The translations under genes and the position numbers were made by a program. From Antedon mediterranea (Eukaryota > Animalia > Echinodermata), in the NCBI RefSeq assembly GCF_964355755.1, contig NC_092676.1, positions 10,021,888-10,085,887 on the forward strand: 64,000 nucleotides of DNA, given 5' to 3'. Shown here one piece after another: positions 11,577-25,400 of the stretch. Position 1 is the first letter of the stretch. The number at the start of each line of letters is the position of its first letter. The notes under the pieces are model-generated. The model was not told the origin of the DNA, made no database searches, and worked only from the letters and a program-made list of their open reading frames with translations.

Positions 11577-14500
11577 TCAGGTGTCATTTCCATCGGATAT
11601 AGAGTTTGTACTTTTATACAGAAGCACACACTCAACTACCAGAAGAACCATTGAAGCAAAACCGAATAGCTAGATCAAAACAAGAAAATAAAACAATGTT
11701 ATAAAATATTGAATACCCAGAGATTATAGCTTAATTAAATGCTGTCATCATTACCAAATGATCACCCAATACACTACATTTTTTAAGCCTAACATGATTT
11801 TAGAGTTACTTCCAAAAGAAGAGCAAGACAATAATAGTTCATTTAAAATGTAAATTTTTATTTGAGCGATTGTTTATGTAAAGCAATTTAAGAATCTCAG
11901 TACATAAATACCAAGAACAGTACCTCATAGCTTCATTCTTTTACCAAAGTTAAATTTAGACATTTCAAACATCATAATTAAGTAAAAGACTGGTAAATTA
12001 CTGTAGCTACTATAACTCACACAGGCGACGATTTGTTGGCCTTGCCCTGGTGGTTTGTATGGGTCTATGTGCAAGCCATTTATTTTGTTTATACTTGACG
12101 CTAGAGAAGACGAAACGAATAAAAGAAGAAAAGCAGCTACACAACAAAAACCAATCTCCTATTGGGAAAAAACGAAAGAAAACAATTGATCAATCTCTAA
12201 ATTTCATTAATATTACAGCAACAGTAGGCCTATTGCATTACTACATACAACATTACAACTGATGACATGACAAGTAATCGGATTCAGGCCTATAATAATC
12301 ACCACTTTGTTGTTAATAACGTGCCTAAATTAACTTTAATAACATGTAAAATGTATTAGGAAATTGTAATTTTTATCATGTTATATTTTGTATTTAGTCC
12401 AGTCCTGTTTTGGTAATGACATTTAGAATGATTTCTGGTAAGCAAGTAATTTATTGGGAAAGAATAGGAACGCAATCCCATTGTTGTTCTGAGTTCTTTT
12501 TTCTGAATTGAATAACTTTATTAGCTTAAAGTTCATACCGCTTTATCAGCTTTAGCTCTGGTAAGACTCATCCAGTCCGGCATAATAATGTGACCAATCA
12601 CAGCAATCGCTACTATCATGATTGTAAGAATGATGGCGAATGCCGCATATACATCATACTCCCACACTCCGTTAACATACGTTGTGTATATTATATTGTA
12701 TTGAAATTCGCTAATTCGATCAAGAATTAGACAGAACCCGATAAACAGTAAAATCTGTAATTTAAAAATAACACATTATTGTTTTTATTTCAAGCTTCAG
12801 TACACATCCATCTTTCAGAATTTGGTACAGGCAAATTATTGTTTCATTTAACTATTAAATCAAACGAAATTACGTATGTATTATCTCCAAAAAATCGTGA
12901 AAAATTACGATTAATGAACAAGACTTTAAATAAGCCATTTCGCAATTTCAATATAGTTATTCACTTCCTTGGGCAAATACACTTATAATTGAATGTTTTC
13001 ACTATAAAAAAACACAAAATAAACAGTTAAATTAAACCAAACCCCACTTGACTTCCAGACTATTTTTTGCTTTATATTACAGTAAATATTTTTGCTTTGA
13101 TCCCATTTTTTGTCAAAGTGAATAACTATTATGTAAAAAAGCATGTTCAACAAACGAAATCTTCAGGGCAATAACCGAGGAGGAGGTATTACTTCGCCCC
13201 GCGAAAATGTCTAATAAACACATTTTTTAATAAATCGTAACAAATTAAATGTTGAATGTTGTTATTGTTTCTTTTGCCTATCTGGATATTGAATGTTTCT
13301 TCCAAATAACAAACTAATCATTTTGCTAAATGTAAGCATAATGCAGGTCAAATTAGCAATTGAAATGACGGGTACTAATATCTTGTATGTTAACAACAGT
13401 GAAAACTCATGAGATAGATTTTGCTAAGAACACGTGACGTCACAGTAATTTACGGTAATCTCACACCATATATACCTTTCAAACTCAATACCGAACATTT
13501 CTAAACAAAATTTGCTTAATAATTGTTTGTGGATGTTTACATTCTTAAATTTCAAATAATTTTAAATATGAATTTTTTTGTTTAAACTTTTCAAAATAAC
13601 GTCATCGTGAGTACGATCTGTGTCTTCAATTTGTTGTTCATCAATGTCTGGTAAACGAACTTTTATATCTGTTGTAACCATAGCATTAGGCCTACTTCAA
13701 TGATATTGTTTAACACGACATAGTTTCAAGTATTTACATAATAGTAAAGAGTAAATAACCACAAGAGTTTACTCGACAATAAACTTAGTTATGTCATTAT
13801 GGTGGTTAAATAATTATTACACCATAGTGTGTATAGTTTAGCGGTAAATTTTAAAATCACTATGGTTTCACTTATTTATTAATGTCAACATATTTTTTGA
13901 AATAAACACTATAATATACGGGTCAAACTACAACAAGTTTGCAAACATTATTTGCCATTGTTGTAAACCCCTTGTTTCTTGTTAATGCTCGTAATATATG
14001 TGTATTCAGTCTGTAAACATTCTATTTGCAGTTGGAAAGAGAATTTAGTAGCACACACTTTGTTATATCGTCGTTAAAGTTTGAGCTAATAAAAGCATAA
14101 TAATAATTTTAAAAAGTAGATTCACGCAAAGTTTAGATTTTACTATGGTTCCATTATTACAATACCAATATCAACCAATATACATTTTTTTAACACGTTT
14201 TATGTTTTTGTATAATACGATATAGTTCACAAAGTATGATGTATCAAAACCATGAAAAAAATACCAGTAAGGACATTTTAAGACGCCTTTTACAATCCTA
14301 CTGCGGAATACGTATTTCTGAAAAAGATCATTCATCAACATTAGGCCTATTTTACAGCTCAATTAATTCGCATAAATTGACCATTCCTTAGGCTAAGGAA
14401 TGGTCAGTTAAATGGTTGATGAAATTTAATGTAAAGAAATGTAAAGTGCTTCACTTGGGAAAATAGGTACTGTAGATAAATCTAATTACCGTCTAGGCAG

Positions 14501-15190
14501 TGAGACGTTGTTGGCATTGGCTTAAAAAAATTTCTTGGTGTTATTTTCACAAGTGATTGTAAGCCAAGTCGGCAGTGTGTAAAAGCAGCAAGTAGTACAG
14601 AACTGTGAAGAGGACATTCAAAAACATTGATAGGGAAAGATTTCAAGTAATGTACAAGTCATATCGTTCACATATGGAATATTGCATTCAGTCTTGGTAA
14701 AGATAAAGAATTATTAGAGAAAGTACAGACGAGAGCCACAGAGATGGTGAGTGGAATAAGGGATCTACCTTACCAGCAAAGGCTAAAATAGTTGGACCTC
14801 CAACCACTGGAGATAAGAAGATTACGTGGAGACATAATAGAGACATTCAAGATTCTAATAGGGGTCGAGAATATTAACCCAGACGACTTCTACACTATCT
14901 CTTATAACAACAGAACTCGTGGTCACAGTCTGAAGCTTTATCGTTCTAAACTCAAAGCAAATCTCTTAATGTGCATAAATAACATTTTTTCAATGAGAAT
15001 AATATTAAACATTGGAATGCCCTGAATTATCTTTAATCTTATCACATCTGTTTTATGTTTCTTTCTTTTTGGTAATCAAAAAGATTGATTATTAGTTTCT
15101 TCTCTTTGGAACTAAGCTGTTTCAATTTATACTTACGACTTCAATAATCTTGAGTATTCCATTCGCAGTTTTAAGATAATTCAAATCCAT
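11577..15190 (-). CDS. MARVEL-domain four-TM protein (CMTM/MAL/plasmolipin-like), paralog A, 166 aa; coding exons 15190-15137, 12754-12539, 12158-12021, 11669-11577
   Basis: MDLNYLKTANGILKIIEV / ILLFIGFCLILD..WEYDVYAAFAIILTIMIVAIAVIGHII..KA / EIGFCCVAAFLLLFVSSSLA..QQIVAC / LFGFASMVLLVVECVLL..*. All introns are GT-AG phase 0, the frame is open, and the structure mirrors paralog B. Family call rests on the YLxTxxGxLKxxE and FGF motifs. Confidence 0.88.
14390..15025 (+). mobile_element. CR1-type LINE 3' fragment in an intron of paralog A
   Basis: WSVKWLMKFNVKKCKVLHLG, LEKVQTRAT, LEIRRLRGDIIETFKIL, RTRGHSLKL; contains stops and frameshifts. Confidence 0.85.
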
Positions 15191-15794
15191 AATTTAATAG
15201 TCTGAAATAATTAAAGGACAATTAATAACATTGTTTTTAATCAGAGGCCAAATCAGTCATTTTGTGTAAATTATCGGAACAATACTTTGTGGAATTTAAA
15301 CTTTAAAAAGTTGAGAAATCAATGGATGTTGAAATTATTTTACGAACTGCACTGTAAAAGAAGCGTAGCGTATTACCGACACGTGAATAACAGTCTTGCT
15401 AACCCGGTAACATTAATATCAATTTACCCATACCCACACAACACTAGACGATTTAACAAACAATGCATTAAGTAAGAATTGCTATTTTTATTTTAATCAT
15501 GGAGAAAATACATAAGTTGAGAGGGTCCAATATACACACAGTTACTTTCGGTTAACTGTTGTTACATACTGATTCCTGTTTTTAAACGAATACGAATAGG
15601 CCGAAATAAAAATATTTTTTAGTTAGCGAACACGCGATTAATCTGTTCGATTGTTGGCCCTATTTTGTTTTACCACCACATCATTTGTATTGATCAACAT
15701 CGTAGATTCAGACAACTTCGTCGTAACAGCTTTACCTCTTAACTTAAATTAAACATTGAAAAGATAAATAAATGGCTGATTGAAGTCTACGTAC

Positions 15795-15855
15795 CTTTAA
15801 TAACGACGTGTCATTTAATGCTCAGATTGATGTTTACTGGTTTGTATGACCGATT
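15795..15855 (-). other. Putative non-coding 5'-UTR exon of MARVEL paralog A
   Basis: The ATG exon has an acceptor (TTTCAG) 11 nt upstream of the start, implying an upstream exon. Donor AAAG|GTACGT at 15795/15794. The sequence is conserved with the 153-bp unit upstream of paralog B. The 5' boundary is unknown. Confidence 0.55.
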
Positions 15856-17177
15856 GATATTTTTCATACTACCTTGGGATTATATATCCACAGAACAGAA
15901 ATAACAATAGACCAATGAAAACGGTCCAATTACAAATATTTACACACATTAAAATATGGACCTATAAAGGGCTAGATAAATCATTTTATGTCCCTTTTTA
16001 TTGATTATCTTTTTCGACTATGGGTGTATTGAGAGCATTGAGGCATAAATATACAATGTCAAAACATTCATGGGAAAATAAAATAATCGTTAGATTAACG
16101 TGTAGGCATACAATAATGTTATTATCGTTTTTGCTGTCCGATACAGTAATAACAACATTACAGATATTTTGACACGCATGGCGTTTCATACGAATACAAC
16201 TCAAAACGGCGACTATTGGTCAAACATCAAAAGAATAACTACAGACTTTGGGCAAGTCTAACAGCGGAATGAACATTTACAAGTGCAATACCCATGTTGC
16301 ATTACCATATTTAGAAGACTTTGCATCCGATCTGTACTGCCATTAGCTACATCTTAACTGATTATCTTAACCTCATTGAGGTATAAGGTATGTGATTTAC
16401 TGTAGGCCTACTGGCGATACCTAGTTTTATGGTAGTATTTCATCTTCTTTTTTTTCCATTTTTTTGTTGTCTGTTTTCTTGAATGTTAACCTACATATTA
16501 TTTTAAAATTGAATTGATTTAGATAAAGAAACTTTCTCACGTTTTGTTTCTTTACCAAACTTGGTCAAACGCATCTCTAAACGTGTGGCTAATTAAAAAC
16601 TTGCTTAAAATGTTGATGACTCCAAAAATGACATTGGGTCACAAGGTACAACCATGTTAATTTTAGCCAAAATAAATGCTCCTAGACGCATCTGACTTTG
16701 ACCATACATTACGCAATGTTATTGTAAGTCCTCCTACGATTTTTTTTTTAGCTAATTATATTTTCAATTCTTACGTCACAAGTCATTCATATCTAATAAG
16801 GTATGGGATAATAAGTAACGCAGTGGCTGCATCTACGACTAGACGTAGATCCAAGCTAGATTCTATATCTACGCCTATTGACCCGATCGGGCTTCCGGCC
16901 CTCTTTCTCTGGCCTCCGGTCCTCGTAATCTTAAAAAACATCGTTTTAAAAACATCCCTATAGGAAAATGGTGAGAAAAATCGATGGTCCATAAAAAAGA
17001 TGGTGAGTAAAAAAAAATACCAACAATGAGTTTTAAAGCTTAGCATAACGCTACAGTATTACATTGCGAGACCCAGGCTCTACCCAGTAAGCCATCCAAC
17101 CGGCTTATGATGCACCGACATCATAACACATTAATATTTTATCAAAAGCCATAGGGGCGCTATATAAGCGTAGATAT

Positions 17178-17784
17178 CAGAGCCATATATTATAGAGAGA
17201 GTTTCGACATTGAATGGATTGGAAGCCGTATTTGTGTCCAACTATGCCTATGTAGCGTATGGAGTTGAGTCTTTTGTTTTGAAAATGTATAACATCAAAA
17301 GGCCTTAACTATCGAATTTAATATCAAACAATCAATTTGCTTGAAGGTTTTTGTTAGAATAATAACGAAGTTATAAAGTTACTGCGAACATGATTTTAAA
17401 CAACAAAAATAGATTTAATCCATTCAATTTCCGACTCTTTCCAATAAATGGCTTTGTGCGCTCCCTGCACGCTCTACGCGTGCGCGTTTAGTTTGTACAG
17501 CGATTCTTCTTCTACATAGTAATGTATTGTTTTTACATTTTGTTGTTTAAAATCATGTTCGCAGTAACTTTATGATTTCGTTATTATCTTATCTATAAAA
17601 TTGATTGTTTTGATATTAAATTCGATATTTAAAGCCTTGTGAATGTTATACATTTTTTAAGCAAATGACTCGACTCCATACGCTACATAGGCATAGTTGG
17701 ATACAAACATGGCCGGCGTGCACACCACGTGACTTTCTAAAATCCGTGAACGCAATGCCGTAACTCTCTCTATATATGGCTCTG
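17178..17784. mobile_element. MITE with CAGAGCCATATA termini and 8-bp TSD (P- or hAT-like), largely palindromic
   Basis: ~230-bp inverted arms; flanked by GTAGATAT at 17170-17177 and 17785-17792. Confidence 0.85.
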
Positions 17785-17792
17785 GTAGATAT

Positions 17793-18586
17793 CAGAGCCA
17801 TATAAAGAGTTACGACATTGAAAATTAGAAGCCATTTTTGTGTCAAAGAATTCGCACGCTGAGGGCGCGCGCGTCTATTTTGTATAGCGTTTTCCTGTAG
17901 TTCATGCATTATTTTTAGGGTTTTTTTGTCTATGAAATAACGCTTATATTCCTTGTTTGTTTTAGTAATTAATTTTATTAATGGTATTAATTTGGTAACA
18001 TATATTGTGTCTATAATAACAAAAGAATAAATGCTAGGGCCTATACAAGTCAGGATACATCAAAGCGTGAACCAATACAAATTCACCTCTCTTTTTATAC
18101 AGTATATGCTCTCCGTGTGTTTTTGATACAAACTTTCAGAGACTCATTCATTATTTCATTTGTAATAATTTGCCTTTATTATTTTAATATTGTTCATACC
18201 CTATTCAATATATTAACAAATATATCCACGACACTTTATTATTTTATTTAGTCATCAAAGCATGCATTATGAATTGAAAATATTACATAATTGTTATTAA
18301 TAGGACGTAGTTATGGGATGTTTCGTTCCAAAATCAATCAATCAATCAATCGAACTTTATAATGTACTAGCGCACGCGCGCGCAATATTCTTTGCCGCAA
18401 GTACTTCTGTATGCTGTGCACATCGATATTTCACCGTAAAATGTGCATTTACATTTTTTTAAATATAAGAAAAAGTTTAAAGTATTTTCTTGCTCCTATA
18501 CTTTACATGAATTAACGGAGACAAGTTTGATCTGCATATCACGGGACTATAATCCAATGTCGTAACTCTTTATATATATGGCTCTG
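17793..18586. mobile_element. Second related MITE (same termini, different interior) inserted at the same target site
   Basis: CAGAGCCATATAAAGAGTTACGACATTG ... CAATGTCGTAACTCTTTATATATATGGCTCTG; flanked by GTAGATAT at 17785-17792 and 18587-18594. Confidence 0.85.
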
Positions 18587-18643
18587 GTAGATATAGCTTG
18601 TAAATTGTATCTAAATTGTATTGGCGTAGAGGCCGCCAGAATA

Positions 18644-21591
18644 CAGTGGGAAAGCCACTCGACAAATCGAACAAATTTTCATCTAAGAGAGGGCGCCCTA
18701 TTTTTTCAAATTTGTTAAAAAATACAGAAATTTGTAGGCTATATTTGAAAGGATATCATGTAAAATTACTATTAAAAATAAAAAAACTTGAAAATGGAAT
18801 ATATTTTCAAAGGATTAAATTATATGGTAACAATTTTTTTAAGAATTTTCATCCATACAAAAATCTGAAATTTAAGGGACAATTCGTGTTAATTTTTTTT
18901 ATTGAATTAGTGCCTTAAAAAACCACTTAATTAAAATATTTATCAAAAATGAACCACCTCGAATTTAAAATCCCTGTTGAACAAATTTATTAACTACATT
19001 TTAAAATATTGGGATTAAAAATCGAGTAGTTGGGACGCAAATCCGACTAAAGTACGTTCATATTGCATCGCGCCGCCTAGCGGGTCCTAGGCCAGCAGGT
19101 TGTTTACTTTTTCCGCGGTACCACCATGACATGTGTTGTATCGCGCGCAAGAACACGACGCTAACTAGGCCTAGGTGCGCCTACACTTCACCGAAGCTTT
19201 CAGAAGCAGAACAATCAGTGAAATAAGAAAGAAAGAAACTCAATATGTATACTGATCAAGGCATGTAGCCAATATTTCGCTATTTATTAAATTGATCAGG
19301 TAAATAAATACGTTAGGCCCTGGCTGGAAGTAAAACCTCCATGATATAGCGAGGCCTAGGCCCCCACACACAGAAGGGAAATCCACACAAAACACACATT
19401 AACATTAATTGCTGTTGGGACCTGTAGTTTTGCTTCACATTCACTGCTGATAATACTTCCACTGATTCATGTAAAAATGATCAAATAACTTGCTCAGCTT
19501 GTTTTAAAGTGTGATCTATCAATTCATATAATCAGAGTCCACAAATAAGCATTTCATTTTAAACTTTATATTCAAAGATCATGATAATATAAGCCTTTCA
19601 TTTATATGTATATACCAAGATCACGATACTGTGTAATTAAAGCACAATATTTTTATGAACATATTATTTGATTCATTCAAGTGTTGCCACATAGCCTTCA
19701 TATCACACAACTCACTAAAATGGTGAAAATGAATAGTACACAGAGTATGATCTACAATGCATAAATGTCAATGAATTGCTGCTTTTAAAATGTTACTGAT
19801 GCAAATTTATGACTTGGCTTCATGCATTCTTGAAATTTCGTACCATAGCAAATCCTGAAGAATTTTATTTAGAAAATGCTAACCATACTATAACCATATT
19901 GCAGCAATGTAGACCTTGTAAATGTGAGAATGTAGAGAATAACCTATGCATATTAATTGATTGCCATTATGACACCTATGTACTAGCGTATGGAGTGTAT
20001 ATTGATATAGGCATATCTATTGAATTTAAAGTCTCTTCACCTTTTGTTCATTGGCTACAATAGTATTGCTCAATAAATGTATTGGTAACCAAATAGTCTT
20101 GAGATTTATTTAGAATGAATGACCACAAATTAAAAAAATGTATAATTTATGTTCATTCATAGCACAATTATTGAATGGGAAAAACAGAAGCCGGCTGTTA
20201 AAATGTATAAATATAATCTCTAAATAGTTTATCACAAATATTTGTACACAGAATAAAAACAATAAATTTTTAATGTTTTAACTTTATAACACAACTTTTT
20301 TTTGCATCAACATACAACATTAATTATTCAACTATTATTATAAATGTAATACTTTTATAAATGTTATTTGCTAATTCCATCCAATATTTAAAAATTGCAT
20401 ACAGTAAACTTTCTTATTTTTGTTTAAACTTGTAATATACAAAATACATTTAGATGGTATTATTTATAGAGCCTATCTCAATTGTAAATATGAGTCATAA
20501 AAACAAAAATCACATTGGTCAATAAAAAAATATTAAATTCATAAAAAAAAATCTTCTTATTCAAAAGAGTTTTTCCAGTTATTTTAATTTACATAGCATT
20601 TTAACATGTAATAACTCAACAGTTGAATCTTTAAACAAATACAGTGATATAATATAGAAATAATGAATGTTTATGAGTTGGATTGTGAGAATAATTCATG
20701 AATTGAAAAATTGACTGCTCTATTTTTAACAAGGCAGGGCCGAGATAAAATGACCAGGCAATTTTTCATCAAATACAAAGCATTCATGATTTGTATTATA
20801 ACAAGATTATATATTAATATCGTACCTACTAGTAATAGACTATACATGTCTGATCATTTATAGCCAGCCGTGTGAGATCATCGCAAATTAGGACTTTCTG
20901 TCCTAGCTAGCCTAAGCCTCGCCTAAATAAAAGGCTAGTAGGCCTCTAGCCTTTTATTTACCTAGTCTAGGCCCTCTGTCTAGCTACTACTACTAGGCCC
21001 TAGCCGGATGTACGTCCTCCTAACTCTAACTAGGCCTAGCTAGGCCTACTAGGGCCTACTACTACTAGGCCTAGGCCTACTAGGCTGGGCCTTGCCAAGG
21101 CTATCTCATGACTTAATCGGAATAAACTATAAACAGTGTTTAACAACGATGAACCACCTTCTCATAGGTCATAATCGATATATACTTAATTAAAGCATAG
21201 TATTAAGTTATTAAAACACATTTTCATTAGTTCGGACGCAAATCCGACTATTCAGAAAAATGTAAACAAATCAAATGGTAAAACTTACATGACCTTGCAA
21301 CTTTTCCGAACCAGTGACTTACGGAGAAAATTTTAACTTTATCGTCTGATTTTTATCCAAATGAAATCGATTGGCTAACAAAATATACTTATTAGGAGAC
21401 TTGTTTACCAAATTAGAAAAATTATAACATTTGAATATTAAAGATATTATTCTAATTATAACTTCTGTTTTTTTCAAGTTTTTTTCGCGTGAAGCTTCAA
21501 GTTTTGTAATGTATGAGGGCGCTACACAACTCAATCGAACAAATAGATGAAAAACGTTCGACAGAATTATCGCGAAGTGGCTTTCCCACTG
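18644..21591. mobile_element. Non-autonomous DNA transposon with CAGTGGGAAAGCCACT termini and 4-bp TSD (superfamily unassigned), copy 1
   Basis: 16-bp perfect TIR; AATA on both sides (18640-18643, 21592-21595); no credible ORF. Confidence 0.85.
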
Positions 21592-22450
21592 AATAATTTA
21601 CGATTTATGCATCACCGCCTTACAAATATTTCTCATTTTATAGGCCTATATTTCCTGTATACAGATTTGTGTGTAGACTGACTATCTTTAAAACTCAATG
21701 ATTTTTTAATTTTCAAAATATTCACAATACTCCTAATATTAAAACTGGTCATAATAAACTTGTTATAATCTTGACGTCATCAAAGAGCAATTTTATAAAT
21801 TCACCCTAGCAATCATGGCTTAAGAGTTTGCATATGCGTCTTTAACATTTATAAACGACAACATGCCAGAAAATACCAACAAAAAAGCCAAAGCATGCAT
21901 TTATTATAATTATTCGACAGTGTGTAGGCCACTAGCCAAACAAAAATAATATATAAATTATTAATTCTGATAATTACTTTATTTCTTATTTTATAATATT
22001 ATAGACTAATAGAATAAATTCTACATTGACCATGTATGTCTGTATTGGGTAGTGTGCCGTGCATTAATTTTGTTCTTAATACATTGACAGGCTATGGTTT
22101 TCTCATGATAAGGTTTATATTTTTGTGCCTGGTGATTGGCTAGGGGTTAGGTATTTATGTCACGGCTAATCACCGGGCCTAATCGAATTCAAATCACGGT
22201 TCCCTATCTTGGTCTAGGTGTAATACGTCACGGCGTTTGAAATTCCGCGCTCGTGTGGAGGACGGAGACATGATCTAACAATTGTCCTTGTTTAGGCGTA
22301 ATTTAATTTCAATATTGTACTCTACATGCTGTGCCATCCAAACCTATCCAAAATCTATTTTGAAGCCGTAAATTCTTAACTTGCAAAGCGCATCATTTTA
22401 TTTCTCTCAACATTATAGCCGAGTAGCATAATCATTATGTTTGAACGGAT

Positions 22451-25400
22451 TTAGGAAGATACGTCCATCAACGTTTTTCTGAGAAAAACACACTCAACTG
22501 CCAGAAGAACCATTGAAGCAAAGCCAAATATCTAAAATTAAAGAAAATAAACCATGTTACAAACTATTCATTATGTATGTATTATATAGATATGTGAAAC
22601 AATTTGTATTTGTTGGGGAATATAATGTTTCTGGGCTTAAACAAGTGTGACACTCGTGATGGTCGCAACGCAGAGACTATACGACTCAAGTGAGTTGACT
22701 AATAACAAGTGATAGTTTGGATTTTACATCTCGTCGTGATTGTGATGTGAATCAATCGGATCAACGGCATAGGTCTAAAATGTTTCCTTATAATACAATC
22801 CAGTTCGAAGTAGGTTGATGTTTTCGTTACACAACACGTCGCTTCATTGTCTATTAAGACATGCAGTATCGTGTCTGAAGTACTCGATTGTACCCTATTT
22901 TATTCATGATTGTACATAACGACATCACACTTATTTTCATATCATGTGACCAACACTCGTTCAATCACAAATGACAAGAATTTACTTAGGTGTGTTATAA
23001 CATATACTGGTATTCTTGTCAGTCTAATCATAGTTCAGTCATTTTAGCCTAAAATTTAGCTAAATTTTGAACTAATTGCAACATAATTTTGTCAATGCTT
23101 TGAGGTCCCCAGAACACCATACGAAAAGTCTTAACAAATCCTAATAGTAAAAGACGTCTAATTTGCATTAATCCAAAATTGCCGCCACATTTCAATAATT
23201 TGACATATTTTGACCTCTAAACGACCTATTTGAATGCTTTAAAGTTGCAGAGTGGGGTATTTGCCCGTGGGCTTTCATTTGAAAAAGGTTACAATTTGAT
23301 TTATTTCTGTTATTTTTCATAATAATTCTATAGCATACTTTTAATGGCCGCTGAATGCGTATATTGATCCTATTATATCATGATGTTTTCTGGATTATAT
23401 TATTTATTTATTTTGTATTTATTTATTACCATCTTTACTGAGGGTAGCCTATCCAGTTTCTAATGGAACTGATCATTTAGGGCCCTCGATAAAACATACA
23501 TACAGTAAAACACATAAAATATTGAATATTCAAATGACATAATATAGGCCTAAACATTTACAATGGTTATAAAATTCATATAGAAGTTAAAATCGTAGAC
23601 AGATAAAATATATATATACACAATACGAACAATATTAGCTGGAAATAAATTCTTAAGTTCACGTTTAAAGGAAATAATATTTTCAGATTGTCGAATGATT
23701 TTAGGAATCATATTAAAATACATAGGCGCTTTATAACTTTATAACTGAAACATTGTTTAAAAATCTCTAATGAAGGTCGAGGAACAATATAATTACAATT
23801 AGAGATGGATCTGGTAGTTGGTCGACCTCCGGGCTGAGTCCTGGTTAACATGCGACTGATGCAATCCGGAACGGTATTGATGGAAGCCCGATAGGCGAGA
23901 CAACCAAGTTGAAACTGATAACGTTGAGAAACGGATGAGATGGAAAGGGTGTTATCAATAAGGTGGGATGGGGTATGAGAGTGAACTTTAAAAATAACTC
24001 TTTTAGCTCTATTTGAAGTTTCTGGACTTTAGCAACGAGTGGTGCTCGGGAGCCCCAGAGAGAACAACAATAGTCAATATGAGGTAAGACAAGAGCATTG
24101 TATAACATAAGAGATGTAGTTTGGTGGACAGATTTTCGAGTTCGGGCGAGGATGGAGATAGAGGAACTTAATTTGTTGCACAACTTATCAACGTGCGGAA
24201 TAAAAGTAAGATGATAGTCAAGAATGATGCCAAGATGCTTATGTTGGGTGACCTGTTTGATCGGTAAGTTGCTAATAGAAACATTTATAGGCCAGAGTGA
24301 AGAAAGCCTTTGTGGTGTTCCAATAACCATCACTTCAGTTTTTTTAGTATTGAGCGCTAGGCTATTAGCTAGAAGCCAAGTGGAGATTTTATCCAAGTCA
24401 AAATTAAGATTGGTTACAATATCATCAACCTTATCGCTAGAATTGTAAATTATGGGATCCATATCCATTGAAGAGTACGATAAACAATTGGGTAGATCAT
24501 TTATGTATATGGAAAATAATAGTAACCCAAGGTTGGATCCTTGAGGTATACCAGCGTTGACATTAATAGATGAAGATATTGTTGATTTATAACAGACATG
24601 TTGCTGACGTCCAGCAAGAAACCATAAAAAACATAAAAGGGAAGTTTACGTAACAGAATTTCGTAGTTTACTAGATCGAAAGCTTTCCTTAGATCAATAA
24701 AAACTGAACCAATTATATTACCTTCATCTATACTGTGGATCCAGCTGTCATGAGTTTTAGTAATAGCAGTAAGTGTAGAATAAGTGGGACGAAATCCAGA
24801 GTTGTTAGGGCATAGAAGATTATTTGAAGAAAGATATTCCAGTACTTGCATACCGACGGCCTTCTCAATCACCTTAGACATGATGGGTAACACAGATATA
24901 GGTCTGTAGTTATCCGGTAGATGTTTGTTACTGGATTTAAAGATGGGAGTAATCTTACCAATTTTCCACGAGAGAGGAAAGCTCTGACTGGAGATGGAAG
25001 TATTAATAATCTGTGTGAGTAAAGGTGCGATGATGGGGGCTGCCGCCCGAACGTGCTTACCATCAATACCGTCGTGTCCAGCAGAATTCGCAGAATTCAG
25101 TCCGGAGATTTCCTTAAATACAAAATCAGTACTAACATTATGAAAAGAAAAAGAAGACGAACATTGTTTAAGAAAAGAACATGGATCAACATCAGTAAAC
25201 TGAAGGTTTGACGTTATATTATTTGCAACATTGGTAAAATAAGTATTCAATCCCTCTGCAATTATAGCAGGTTCGTTAGTGGTAGCACCGTCAATTATAA
25301 AAAATTTGGGTAGTTTATTGCACTTTTTGTTTGGAAGGATATCTCCTTTATTGTTAGTCGCATTGAGCCTTCCGACACATGCGCGTTACTATGTTTCGAA

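Noticed and set aside
10825-13160. ~70-bp direct similarity between 10825-10895 and 13090-13155 (GTCAAAGTG(G/A)ATAACTATTATGT)
   Set aside because: Too short to distinguish a repeat fragment from a remnant of a further gene duplication; no third set of exons found in the window.
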